A stretch of DNA of 64,000 nt, from assembly GCA_965227845.1 (NCBI GenBank), contig OZ245770.1, positions 2,715,017 to 2,779,016 of the forward strand, read 5' to 3'. The position numbers and the translations under genes were made by a program. The stretch is from Kaistia sp. (GTDB taxonomy: Bacteria > Pseudomonadota > Alphaproteobacteria > Rhizobiales > Kaistiaceae). Shown in pieces: positions 9,222 to 18,527 of this stretch; the stretch's first letter is position 1; every line of letters starts with the position of its first letter. The notes beneath the pieces are model-generated. The model was not told the DNA's origin, ran no database searches, and saw only the letters and a list, made by a program, of their open reading frames with translations.

Positions 9222-11794
9222 TGGGGCATCAGGACCGGCCGCCGGCGCGCAGGAGCCGAGGCGCCGCACCGCGGGCCCAGCCGGCCTTCTGGACAGAGAC
9301 CGACGACGCGCTGCTCGCGCGGCTGCAGAGCCGGCAGGCGGGCCTCACCTCGGCCGAGGCCGGCGAGCGCCTTGCGAGGATCGGGCCGAACACCGCCGTC
9401 ATCGGCGGGCGGCATGGCTTCCTCGCCCGTCTCGCCAAGCGCCTCACCGAGCCGCTGGTCGCCATCCTCCTGATCGCCGCCACGATCTCCGGACTTACCG
9501 GCGACTGGCAGAGCTTCGTCATCATCCTCGTCATCGTCCTGTTCTCGATCGGGCTCGACATGGTGCAGGAACGCCAGGCCCGCACGACGATCGAGGCGCT
9601 GAAGCGTTCGGTCGCGGTGTCGGCATCGGTCCGCCGCGACGGCGTCACACACGAATTGCCCGTGCACGAGATCGTCCCGGGCGACATCGTCGATCTGAAG
9701 GCTGGCGAACTCGTCCCAGCCGACGGCGTCGTTCTCGCCGCCGCGGCGGCCGAGGCCAACGAGGCGGTGCTGACGGGCGAGCCCTATCGCGTCGAGAAGC
9801 GGCCGGGCCCGTCTGGCTCCACCGCGCTCTCCGGCGCCTTCAACGCCCTGATCGGCGGCACGTCCCTGGTCGGCGGCACCGCCGTCATGCTCGTCGTCGC
9901 CACCGGCAGTGCCACGCGCTTCGGCGCCATCTCGGCCGCGGTCCAGGAACTCGAGCCGCCGGGCGCCTTCGAGCGCGGCGTGCACGCCTTGGGCATGCTG
10001 ATCCTGCGGCTGACCGGATTCCTGGTGCTGTTCGTGTTGCTGACGCAGCTCCTTCGCAACGGGCTGACGCTCGAGGGCTTCCTATTCGCCGTTGCGCTCG
10101 CCGTCGGGCTGACGCCCGAATTGCTGCCGATGGTGATGACCGTGACTCTGGCGCGCGGCGCCGAGCGGATGGCGGCGCGCAAGGTGGTGGTGAAGCGGCT
10201 GTCGGCGATCCACGATCTCGGCGCGATGGACGTGCTCTGCACCGACAAGACGGGCACGCTGACCGAAGCGCGGATCGCCCATGTCGGCAGCTTCGGCATC
10301 GAGGGCGGCGATAGCGCGCGCGTGACGGCCCTCGCCCGGCTCAACAGCCGCTTTGCCGGCGGCGTCGGCAACAGCCTCGACGAGGCGCTTCTCGACGGTG
10401 CGACGGATCGGGCCGAGGGCTGGATCCATCTGGACGACCTGCCCTTCGACTTCGAGCGCCGGCTGGCCTCGGTGCTGCTCGGCCATGACGGCGCGGCCAC
10501 CATGATCACCAAGGGCGCGCCGGAGGCGCTGCTCGCACGGTGCACCCAGGCCGAGGCGGCGGACGGGAGCCTCGTTCCCCTCGATTCCGCGCTGCGCGCC
10601 CGCATCGAGGCGGCGATCGAGGCCAAGGGACGCGAAGGCTTCCGGTTGCTCGGCGTCGGCTGGCGGACGATGGAACCCGCCTGCCAGACGATCGCGACGA
10701 GCGATGAGGCGGACCTCGTCTTTGCCGGCTGCACGGTCTTCCTCGATCCGCCCAAGCCGTCGGCCGGCGCGGCGGTGACCCGGCTCATCGCGGCGGGCGT
10801 CCGCGTCAAGATCATCTCCGGCGACGGCGCCGCCGTCGTCAGCCATCTCGTGGAGACACTCGCCCTGCCGGCGCATGGCCTCATGACCGGCGAGGAGATT
10901 GCCGCCCTGAAGGACGACGCCCTGGCGCTGCGCGTCGTCGACACGGATCTGTTCGTGCGCGTCTCGCCGGACCAGAAGAGTCGCATCGTGCGGGCCCTGC
11001 GCCGCCGTGGCCATACGGTCGGCTTCATCGGCGACGGCATCAACGACGCGCCGGCAATCCATGCCGCCGATGTCGGGCTCTCGGTCGAAGGGGGCGCCGA
11101 TGTCGCGCGCGAGGCGGCCGACATCATCCTGCTCGCCCCCGATCTCGGCGTTCTTGCCGACGGCGTCGCCGAGGGGCGGCGGACCTATGCCAACATCATG
11201 AAATACATCCGCATGGGTACCAGCTCCAATTTCGGCAACATGCTGTCGATGGCGCTGGCCTCGCTCGTCTTGCCGTTCCTGCCGCTCGCGCCGCTGCAGA
11301 TCCTGCTCAACAACCTCATCTATGACGTCTCGGAAATCGGCATTCCGTTCGACAGCGCCGACAAGGAACAGCTCGCGACCCCGCAATCCTGGGACATGCG
11401 CCAGGTCCTTCGCTTCACGCTGGTGATGGGGCCGCTGTCCTCGCTGTTCGACCTCGCCACCTTCGCCATGCTGCATTGGGGCTTCCATGCCGATGTCGCG
11501 ACTTTCCGCACGGCCTGGTTCGTCGAGTCGATCGCGACGCAGATCCTCGTCATCTTCATCATCCGCACCGCCAAGCCGCTCTGGCTCAGCCGGCCGCATC
11601 CGATCCTGATCGCGACCTCGCTTGGCGCGCTCGCGGTCGCCCTGGTGCTGGCGCTGACCCCGCTCGGCGCGATCGTCGGCTTCGTCGCGCTGCCGGGACC
11701 GATCCTCGCCAGCATTGCCGCCGTCTCGCTCGGCTATCTCGCCATGGCCGAGATGCTGAAGCGCTATGCCGTGCCGCGGGTTGCTCAGGCCTGA
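9221..11794 (+). CDS. mgtA: Magnesium-translocating P-type ATPase (type IIIB)
   Basis: GLTPELLP, LCTDKTGTLT phosphorylation motif, TKGAPE, GDGINDAPA, NFGNMLS. GGAGG SD at 9206-9210; start is GTG 9218 or ATG 9221. Confidence 0.9.
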   Translation: MGHQDRPPARRSRGAAPRAQPAFWTETDDALLARLQSRQAGLTSAEAGERLARIGPNTAVIGGRHGFLARLAKRLTEPLVAILLIAATISGLTGDWQSFVIILVIVLFSIGLDMVQERQARTTIEALKRSVAVSASVRRDGVTHELPVHEIVPGDIVDLKAGELVPADGVVLAAAAAEANEAVLTGEPYRVEKRPGPSGSTALSGAFNALIGGTSLVGGTAVMLVVATGSATRFGAISAAVQELEPPGAFERGVHALGMLILRLTGFLVLFVLLTQLLRNGLTLEGFLFAVALAVGLTPELLPMVMTVTLARGAERMAARKVVVKRLSAIHDLGAMDVLCTDKTGTLTEARIAHVGSFGIEGGDSARVTALARLNSRFAGGVGNSLDEALLDGATDRAEGWIHLDDLPFDFERRLASVLLGHDGAATMITKGAPEALLARCTQAEAADGSLVPLDSALRARIEAAIEAKGREGFRLLGVGWRTMEPACQTIATSDEADLVFAGCTVFLDPPKPSAGAAVTRLIAAGVRVKIISGDGAAVVSHLVETLALPAHGLMTGEEIAALKDDALALRVVDTDLFVRVSPDQKSRIVRALRRRGHTVGFIGDGINDAPAIHAADVGLSVEGGADVAREAADIILLAPDLGVLADGVAEGRRTYANIMKYIRMGTSSNFGNMLSMALASLVLPFLPLAPLQILLNNLIYDVSEIGIPFDSADKEQLATPQSWDMRQVLRFTLVMGPLSSLFDLATFAMLHWGFHADVATFRTAWFVESIATQILVIFIIRTAKPLWLSRPHPILIATSLGALAVALVLALTPLGAIVGFVALPGPILASIAAVSLGYLAMAEMLKRYAVPRVAQA

Positions 11795-11883
11795 TCCCCA
11801 TGCGTCCGCCGTCGCGCGGTGCGAAAGCAGGCTGACGGACCTCCCGCGCCGATGCTATGGATTCGGCGAAGGGAACTGCGGGC

Positions 11884-12285
11884 ATGGCGAAGCGCATAGC
11901 GAGGAGAGCACGGAGCGAGGCGGCGCTGTTCGTCGCGCTGATGCTCGTCGTCCAGGCGCTGCTGAGCGGCCTGTCGCTCGGCCTCGGTGCCGCATCCTCC
12001 GACGGCATCTGGCAGATCGATGCCAGCGGCCTCATCATCTGTACCCGCGACGGCGGCACCGCAACGGCACCCGGCGAGCCGGGCACGGCACATCACGGCT
12101 CCACCGATTGCTGCACCCTCGGCTGCAGCATGGTTGGCGCACTCACCCCCGACCTGCCGCGCGAACCCGCCATCTATCCGCAACCCTCGCGCAGCCTCGG
12201 CGTCAGCCTGGCGAGGATCGTTGATCCCCAGCGACAGGTCGGCCACACGCCGCAGAACCCGCGCGCGCCGCCGATCCTCGCCTGA
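11884..12285 (+). CDS. DUF2946-like membrane-anchored uORF with Cys motif and C-terminal RAPP (CruR-like)
   Basis: N-terminal TM segment, IICTRDG, HHGSTDCCTLGC, ends NPRAPPILA*; sits directly upstream of a PepSY-TM gene. Start may be 11857 or 11884. Confidence 0.75.
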   Translation: MAKRIARRARSEAALFVALMLVVQALLSGLSLGLGAASSDGIWQIDASGLIICTRDGGTATAPGEPGTAHHGSTDCCTLGCSMVGALTPDLPREPAIYPQPSRSLGVSLARIVDPQRQVGHTPQNPRAPPILA

Positions 12286-12437
12286 CGACCGGCCCTCGGG
12301 CCATCCCGATCCCTTCACAGCGCCCTGCCGCGGTCCCGCGCGCAACCGGCCGTGCTCGAGCCGCTCTCTGCGGCCCTGCCGGCCATGCCGCGCGCCGCCG
12401 GGCGCTCGCCCCCACCTCGTTCGAGCCTTTTTCGCCC

Positions 12438-13823
12438 ATGACCAAGTCAGACCCTTCGGCCGCGCCTGCGGTCAACCCGTTCTATTTCGCCGCCTGGCGC
12501 TGGCACTTCTATGCCGGGCTCTTCGTCATCCCTTTCCTCGTGATGCTCGCTTTGACCGGCGCCGTCATGATGATCTACTCGGGCGTCGGCAACGAGCTCG
12601 GCCAAGCGCCGAACGTCACCCCGAGCGGCCAGGCGCTGCCCGTATCGGCGCAGGCCCGTGCAGCGGCCGCGGCCGTGCCCGGCGGCATGCTCACCACCTA
12701 TATCGCACCTGAATCGGCCACGCGTCCGGCCTTCTTCGAACTCAGCAAGGACGGCGCCTCCTTCGCGGTCTCGATCGATCCCTATACCGGCAAAGTGCTG
12801 GGCGCGACCGACGAGGCCACGACGATCCGGGCGCTCGCCGAGAAGATCCACGGCACCCTGCTGATCGGGACCGCCGGCGACCGGCTGATCGAAGCGGCGG
12901 CGTCACTGACCCTTCTCCTGATCGCGACCGGGCTCTATCTCTGGTGGCCGCGCCGGTCCGGCCTCGCTGCGGCGTTCGTGCCGAAGCTGGCCGCACGGGG
13001 ACGCGGTTTCTGGAAGGAACTGCACAAGACGACGGGTATCTGGATCGCCGGCTTCCTGACGCTGTTCATGCTGTCGGGCCTCGCCTGGACCGGCATCTGG
13101 GGCGACAGCTTCGTCAAGCCGTGGTCGTCTTTCCCGGCCGAGAAATGGGACAATGTCCCGCTGTCGGATTTGACCCATGCCTCGCTGAACCACTCGCCGC
13201 TGCATGAGGTGCCGTGGGGACTGGAACTGACGCGCCTGCCGGCCTCCGGCTCCAGCGCGGGAACGCCGGCCGTGCCGCAGCCGGTCGTGCTCGATACGGT
13301 CGCGCAATGGGCGGCGGCGAACGGTTTCAAAGGCCAGTACAAGCTCGCTCTGCCGATGAGCGAAACCGGCGTCTATTCGGTGTCTGTCGATGCGCGCAAT
13401 GGCGACGGCTTCACGCCTTCGGACGACCGCTTCGTCCATATCGACCAGTATACTGGCAACATCCTCGCCGATATCCGCTACGCCGACTACAAGCCGGTCG
13501 CAAAGCTGATGGCCTGGGGCATCGGACTGCACAAGGGCATGGCCGGGACGTGGAACTTCGTGTTCAACCTCGTCTATATCGCGCTGGTGCTGCTGCTCTG
13601 CGTCTCGGGAGTCGTCATGTGGTGGAAGCGCCGTCCGGCGGGCGCCTTCCGGCTCGCCGCACCGCCGATGCCGCGCGACCTGCCGCTCTGGCGCGGCGCC
13701 ATCCTGACCGGGCTGGTCATCGCCCTCGCCTTCCCGATGGCGGGCGTGGTGCTCATCTGCGTCCTCGCGGCCGATCTCCTGGTGATCACGCGCGTACCGG
13801 CGCTAAAGCGCGCCTTCTCCTGA
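12438..13823 (+). CDS. PepSY-associated TM helix domain protein
   Basis: WRWHFYAGLFVIPFL, IHGTLL, TGLYLWWPR, ELHKTTG, LHKG, SGVVMWWKRRP. Confidence 0.9.
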   Translation: MTKSDPSAAPAVNPFYFAAWRWHFYAGLFVIPFLVMLALTGAVMMIYSGVGNELGQAPNVTPSGQALPVSAQARAAAAAVPGGMLTTYIAPESATRPAFFELSKDGASFAVSIDPYTGKVLGATDEATTIRALAEKIHGTLLIGTAGDRLIEAAASLTLLLIATGLYLWWPRRSGLAAAFVPKLAARGRGFWKELHKTTGIWIAGFLTLFMLSGLAWTGIWGDSFVKPWSSFPAEKWDNVPLSDLTHASLNHSPLHEVPWGLELTRLPASGSSAGTPAVPQPVVLDTVAQWAAANGFKGQYKLALPMSETGVYSVSVDARNGDGFTPSDDRFVHIDQYTGNILADIRYADYKPVAKLMAWGIGLHKGMAGTWNFVFNLVYIALVLLLCVSGVVMWWKRRPAGAFRLAAPPMPRDLPLWRGAILTGLVIALAFPMAGVVLICVLAADLLVITRVPALKRAFS

Positions 13824-13843
13824 GAAGCGGCCGGTCACGACAT

Positions 13844-13884
13844 CGGAGTCCGGCTGTCGGCGCTTGACAGCCGGGCTCCGTTTC
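13844..13884 (+). terminator. Intrinsic terminator after the PepSY-TM gene
   Basis: cggagtccggctgtc-ggcgctt-gacagccgggctccg stem followed by tttcgt. Confidence 0.65.
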
Positions 13885-13962
13885 GTGCCTCGCCATTCAG
13901 GTGCGCGGTCGCGCGCCGGGATTTAACGCCGCATGGTGCTTGCATCGGCGGCGTGAGGCGAC

Positions 13963-15279
13963 ATGTTGCAGCCGGGCGTGCAGGCGGGAGACGGGACGAT
14001 TCAGGCGCGGGACATCACCAACAAGAAGAACCTGCTGCTGCTCGTCCAGCTGCGCTGGCTGGCCGTCATCGGGCAGGTGGTGACGATCCTCTATGTCCAT
14101 CTCAGGCTCGGCATCGACCTGCCGCTGCCGGCGATGGCGGCCGTGCTCGCCTTCCTCGTCGCGCTCAACCTCTTGACGCTGCTCCGGCAATATCGCCGCG
14201 AGGCGATCTCCAATTCCGAGATCTTCCTCGAACTGATGATCGATGTCGGCGCGCTGACGCTGCAGCTCTATCTCAGCGGCGGCGCGGCGAACCCGTTCGT
14301 CTCGCTCTACCTGCTGCAGGTCATTCTCGGTGCGGTGCTGCTCGACGCATGGTCGGCCTGGCTGCTGGTCGTCGGGACCAGCGGCTGCTTCGTGTTCCTG
14401 ACGCTCGCCTATCGGCCGCTGGTGCTGCCGCGCAGCGACGGCGCAGCGCTGCTCTCGCTGCATATCCAGGGCATGTTCATCTGTTATGTCCTCGCCGCCT
14501 CGCTGCTGATGGTTTTCGTGACGCGCATCCAGCGCAACCTCAAGGCCCGCGACGCCCATCTCGCCGAACTACGGCAGCGCTCGGTCGAGGAGGACCATAT
14601 CGTCCGCATGGGCCTGCTCGCCTCCGGAGCGGCACATGAACTCGGAACGCCGCTCTCGACGCTCTCCGTCATCCTCAGCGACTGGCAGCGCATGCCGGCC
14701 TTCGCGGCGGACGGCGAGATTTCCGGCGAGATCGCCGAAATGCAGTCGCAGCTCGATCGCTGCAAGGCGATCGTCTCGGGCATCCTGATCTCCTCCGGCG
14801 ATGCACGCGGCGAGGGCACGATCCGCACGACGGCGGCGCGGTTCATGGACGATACGCTGGCCGAATGGCAGGCGAGCCGGTCGCCGCCTTCGATCGACTA
14901 CAGCAACCTGATTGAGCCGGACGCGGCGATCGTCTCCGATACCGCGCTTAAGCAGGTGATCTTCAACATCCTCGACAATGCGCTCGAAGCCTCGCCCGGC
15001 TGGGTCGGCGTCGTCGCCGGGCGGCAGGGCGACATGATCGTCATCGCCGTCAGCGACGCCGGCCGCGGCTTCGAGGAGGGCATGCTGGCAACCTTCGGCA
15101 AGCCCTATCGATCGAGCAAGAACCGTCCGGGCGGCGGGCTCGGCCTCTTCCTCGTCGTCAATGTCGTGCGGAAGCTCGGCGGAACCGTCACCGCGGAGAA
15201 CGGGATCGACGGCGGCGCCTGCGTCACCCTGATCCTGCCGCTCGAATCGCTGGCCACGGGAGACGATCATGGACACTGA
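13963..15279 (+). CDS. regB: RegB/PrrB/ActS-family redox sensor histidine kinase
   Basis: LVQLRWLAV, GGAANPF quinone-binding motif (GGxxNPF), AHELGTPL H-box, DRCKAI redox Cys, GGLGLFLV. Confidence 0.8.
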   Translation: MLQPGVQAGDGTIQARDITNKKNLLLLVQLRWLAVIGQVVTILYVHLRLGIDLPLPAMAAVLAFLVALNLLTLLRQYRREAISNSEIFLELMIDVGALTLQLYLSGGAANPFVSLYLLQVILGAVLLDAWSAWLLVVGTSGCFVFLTLAYRPLVLPRSDGAALLSLHIQGMFICYVLAASLLMVFVTRIQRNLKARDAHLAELRQRSVEEDHIVRMGLLASGAAHELGTPLSTLSVILSDWQRMPAFAADGEISGEIAEMQSQLDRCKAIVSGILISSGDARGEGTIRTTAARFMDDTLAEWQASRSPPSIDYSNLIEPDAAIVSDTALKQVIFNILDNALEASPGWVGVVAGRQGDMIVIAVSDAGRGFEEGMLATFGKPYRSSKNRPGGGLGLFLVVNVVRKLGGTVTAENGIDGGACVTLILPLESLATGDDHGH

Positions 15280-15802
15280 CCGGCCGCTGCTGATCGTCGA
15301 GGACGACGAGGTGTTCGCCCGCGCGCTTCGTCGCTCGCTGGAGCGGCGCGGCTTTGGTGTCCACCTCGCCGACGGCCTCGACAGCATGCGCGCCGTGCTC
15401 GCCACCATCTCGCCCGGCTATGCGGTGGTCGACCTCAAGCTCGGCAGCGGCTCGGGGCTCGACTGCGTCGCGCTGCTGCATGCGCATGATCCGGCGATGC
15501 GGATCGTCGTCCTCACCGGCTTTGCCAGCATCGCCACCGCCGTCGAGGCGATCAAGCTCGGCGCCTGCCACTACCTGCCGAAGCCCTCCAACACCAACGA
15601 CATCGTGGCCGCCTTCGAGCGCGCCGAAGGCGACACCTCGGTCGCGCTGACGCAGCGGCCGACCTCGATCAAGAATCTCGAATGGGAGCGCATCCACGAG
15701 ACGCTGGCCGAGACCGGATTCAACATCTCGGAGACCGCGCGCCGGCTCGGCATGCACCGCCGCACGCTGGCGCGCAAGCTCGAGAAGGCGCGCGTGAAAT
15801 AG
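15269..15802 (+). CDS. regA: RegA/PrrA/ActR-family response regulator
   Basis: Receiver domain (VEDD, VDLKL, LTGFASIATAVEAIKLGA) plus LEWERI...NISETARRLGMHRRTL HTH. Confidence 0.85.
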   Translation: MDTDRPLLIVEDDEVFARALRRSLERRGFGVHLADGLDSMRAVLATISPGYAVVDLKLGSGSGLDCVALLHAHDPAMRIVVLTGFASIATAVEAIKLGACHYLPKPSNTNDIVAAFERAEGDTSVALTQRPTSIKNLEWERIHETLAETGFNISETARRLGMHRRTLARKLEKARVK

Positions 15803-15808
15803 GGCGGT

Positions 15809-17161
15809 CTATTTCTGGCCGGCGCTCTCGAGCCGCTTGTTGGCGCCGAGCGCCAGCAGCGTGCAGACCGCGCCGGAGAGCAGATAGAGGCCCGACGAGA
15901 TCAGCCCGAAATGGCTTGAGAGATAGAGCGCGACGAAGGGCGCGAAGCCGGCGCCGAACAGCCAGGCCAGATCGGCCGTGAGCGCGGCGCCGGTATAGCG
16001 GTAGGCCGGCGCGAAATTCGAGGCGAGCGCGCCCGAGGACTGGCCGAAGGAAATGCCGAGCAGGAGGAAGCCTGCCAGCATGAATACCGCTTCTCCGAGA
16101 AGGCCGCTGGCGAGCAATTGCGGCGCGAAGCCGCTGAACACGGCGATGGCGACGGCACAGGTACCGAGCAGCGCCGTACGGCCGAAGCGATCGGCGAGAT
16201 AGCCCGAGGCGATGATCGAGAGCACGCCGACGACGCCGGCGATCGCCTCGACATAGAGGAAGCGGGACGGCGTCTCGCGGGTGAACAGGAACACCCAGGA
16301 GAGCGGAAACACCGTCACCATGTGGAAGAGGGCGAAGCTCGCCAGCGGCGCGAAGGCGCCGATCAGCACCGTGCGGCCGGCGGCATTGACGGTGTCGCGC
16401 ACCCGGGCCGGCTGCAATTCGCGCGTCTCGTAGAGCGCGGCATATTCCGGCGTCACCACGATGCGGAGCTTTGCGAACAGCGCGACGACATTGATCGCGA
16501 AGGCGACGAAGAACGGATAGCGCCAGCCCCAGTCGAAGAAGTCGGCCGAGGACAGGTTGCCGACGAAGAAGGCGAACAGCGCGCTCGCGACGATGAGGCC
16601 GAGCGGAGCGCCGAGCTGCGGGATCATGGCATACCAGCCGCGACGCTTGTCGGGCGCATTCAGCGCCAGCAGCGAGGCGAGCCCGTCCCACGCGCCGCCC
16701 CAGGCGAGACCCTGGCCGATCCGAAGCGCCGCGAGCAGCCAGGCCGAGGCGATGCCGATATCCGCGTGTCCAGGCAGGAAGGCGATCGCCACCGTCGAGA
16801 TGCCGAGCAGGAGCAGCGCGACCGTCAGCTTCAGACCGCGGCCATAGTGGCGGTCGATCGTCGTGAAGATCACCGTGCCGACCGGGCGGGCGATGAAGGC
16901 GAGCGCGAAGATCGCGAAGGAGTAGAGCGTGCCGGTCAGGGGATCGAATTGCGGGAAGACGAGCCGCGGGAACACCACGACCGAGGCGATCGCATAGACG
17001 AAGAAATCGAAGAATTCCGAGGCGCGGCCGATGATGACGCCGATGGCGATCTCGCCCGGCTTCACGGCGCCGTGGCGGGCATGGATGCGCACCGCGTCGT
17101 TCTCGGCCTCCGTCACCATGGGCGTCGTCGTCATGGTCGTCGCTGCCGTTTCAGCCGTCAT
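15809..17161 (-). CDS. MFS transporter, MHS (metabolite:H+ symporter) family
   Basis: EFFDFFVY, ARPVG, GWRYPF, LADRFGR; divergent from cyoA. Confidence 0.88.
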   Translation of the reverse strand: MTAETAATTMTTTPMVTEAENDAVRIHARHGAVKPGEIAIGVIIGRASEFFDFFVYAIASVVVFPRLVFPQFDPLTGTLYSFAIFALAFIARPVGTVIFTTIDRHYGRGLKLTVALLLLGISTVAIAFLPGHADIGIASAWLLAALRIGQGLAWGGAWDGLASLLALNAPDKRRGWYAMIPQLGAPLGLIVASALFAFFVGNLSSADFFDWGWRYPFFVAFAINVVALFAKLRIVVTPEYAALYETRELQPARVRDTVNAAGRTVLIGAFAPLASFALFHMVTVFPLSWVFLFTRETPSRFLYVEAIAGVVGVLSIIASGYLADRFGRTALLGTCAVAIAVFSGFAPQLLASGLLGEAVFMLAGFLLLGISFGQSSGALASNFAPAYRYTGAALTADLAWLFGAGFAPFVALYLSSHFGLISSGLYLLSGAVCTLLALGANKRLESAGQK

Positions 17162-17254
17162 CCTGAACCCATTCCTTCGTCGGTGCCGATCCTTCCCGGA
17201 TCCGGCGGACTCCGCGCGTCGAGGGCGATTTCTCTCCCTTCACGGCTCCGGCGG

Positions 17255-17320
17255 GCATTGGACAAATTGTCCAGTGCCACCTTTGCTGCAGTGCATCTAG
17301 TTCTCTCGGCATGCACTGCA
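17255..17320. promoter_or_regulatory. Two palindromes in the MFS/cyoA divergent region (candidate RegA-type and second regulator sites)
   Basis: GCATTGGACAA-A-TTGTCCAGTGC (17255-17277); TGCAGTGCAT-N14-ATGCACTGCA (17287-17320). Confidence 0.55.
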
Positions 17321-17339
17321 ACCAAGATTGGTCCGCATC

Positions 17340-18527
17340 GTGAGCCGATTCCGTAGTCTTTTCTTCCTGCCGGCGGCACTGCTGCTGGGCGGCTGCAACA
17401 TCGTGGTCCTGTCGCCGGCTGGCGACGTCGCCGCACAGCAGCGCGACCTGATCGTCATCTCGACGGTGCTCATGCTGCTGGTGATCCTGCCGGTGATGGC
17501 GCTGACAATCCTGTTCGCCTGGCGCTACCGCACCGCCAACAAGGCCGCCACCTACGAGCCCGACTGGGATCATTCGACCCAGCTCGAACTCGTCATCTGG
17601 GCCGCGCCGCTGCTGATCATCATCTGCCTCGGCGCCGTCACCTGGATGGGCACGCATCTCCTCGATCCCTACCGGCCGCTCGACCGCCTCGCCAGCGACC
17701 GCCCGGTGACCGGCGCGATGCAGCTGCTTCGGGTCGAGGTGGTGGCGCTCGATTGGAAGTGGCTGTTCATCTACCCCGATTACGGCATCGCCAGCGTCAA
17801 CGAACTGGCCGCGCCGGTCGACCGGCCGATCGAGTTCAGCATCACATCGTCGGCGGTGATGAATTCGTTCTTCATCCCGGCGCTCGCCGGCCAGATCTAC
17901 GCCATGCCCGGCATGCAGACCAAGCTGCATGCCGTCATCAACCAGCCGGGCCGCTATGAGGGCTTTTCGGCCAATTACAGCGGTGCCGGCTTCTCGCAGA
18001 TGCGGTTCGCCTTCCACGGCGTCGACGAGGCCGGGTTCGAGAGCTGGATCGATGACGCCCGCAAGAGCGAGGGTGGGCTCGACCGCACGGCCTATCTGAC
18101 GCTGGAGCAGCCGAGCGAGAACGTGCCGCCGCAGCGCTTCGCCTCGGTCGATCCCGATCTCTACCGCCGCATCCTCAATCGCTGCGTCGAGCCCGGCAAG
18201 ATGTGCATGAGCGAGATGATGGCGATCGATGCCAAGGGCGGCCTCGGCATGGCCGGCATCGATAACGTGATGCCGCTGCTCTACGACAAGTACAATCGCC
18301 GTGGCACCGTGCTCGGGCCGGCTCCAGCCTATGTGCAGAGCATCTGCACGCCGGAAGGGGCCGCCGCGATGCTGGCGAGCCGGCCGCTGCCGGTTTCTCT
18401 GCCGGCCGGCAGCCCGCTCTACGGCTCCGGCCTTTCTCTGCCCGGAACCGCGATCCCCGGCTTCAGCAGGGCGCTCGCCCCTTCCCTCACCCTCCTGACC
18501 GGCGAAAGCCGGCCGTCGAACTCATGA
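17340..18527 (+). CDS. cyoA: Cytochrome bo3 ubiquinol oxidase subunit II with C-terminal extension
   Basis: Lipobox [53 protein letters not shown]. Start TTG 17328 or GTG 17340. Confidence 0.93.
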   Translation: MSRFRSLFFLPAALLLGGCNIVVLSPAGDVAAQQRDLIVISTVLMLLVILPVMALTILFAWRYRTANKAATYEPDWDHSTQLELVIWAAPLLIIICLGAVTWMGTHLLDPYRPLDRLASDRPVTGAMQLLRVEVVALDWKWLFIYPDYGIASVNELAAPVDRPIEFSITSSAVMNSFFIPALAGQIYAMPGMQTKLHAVINQPGRYEGFSANYSGAGFSQMRFAFHGVDEAGFESWIDDARKSEGGLDRTAYLTLEQPSENVPPQRFASVDPDLYRRILNRCVEPGKMCMSEMMAIDAKGGLGMAGIDNVMPLLYDKYNRRGTVLGPAPAYVQSICTPEGAAAMLASRPLPVSLPAGSPLYGSGLSLPGTAIPGFSRALAPSLTLLTGESRPSNS

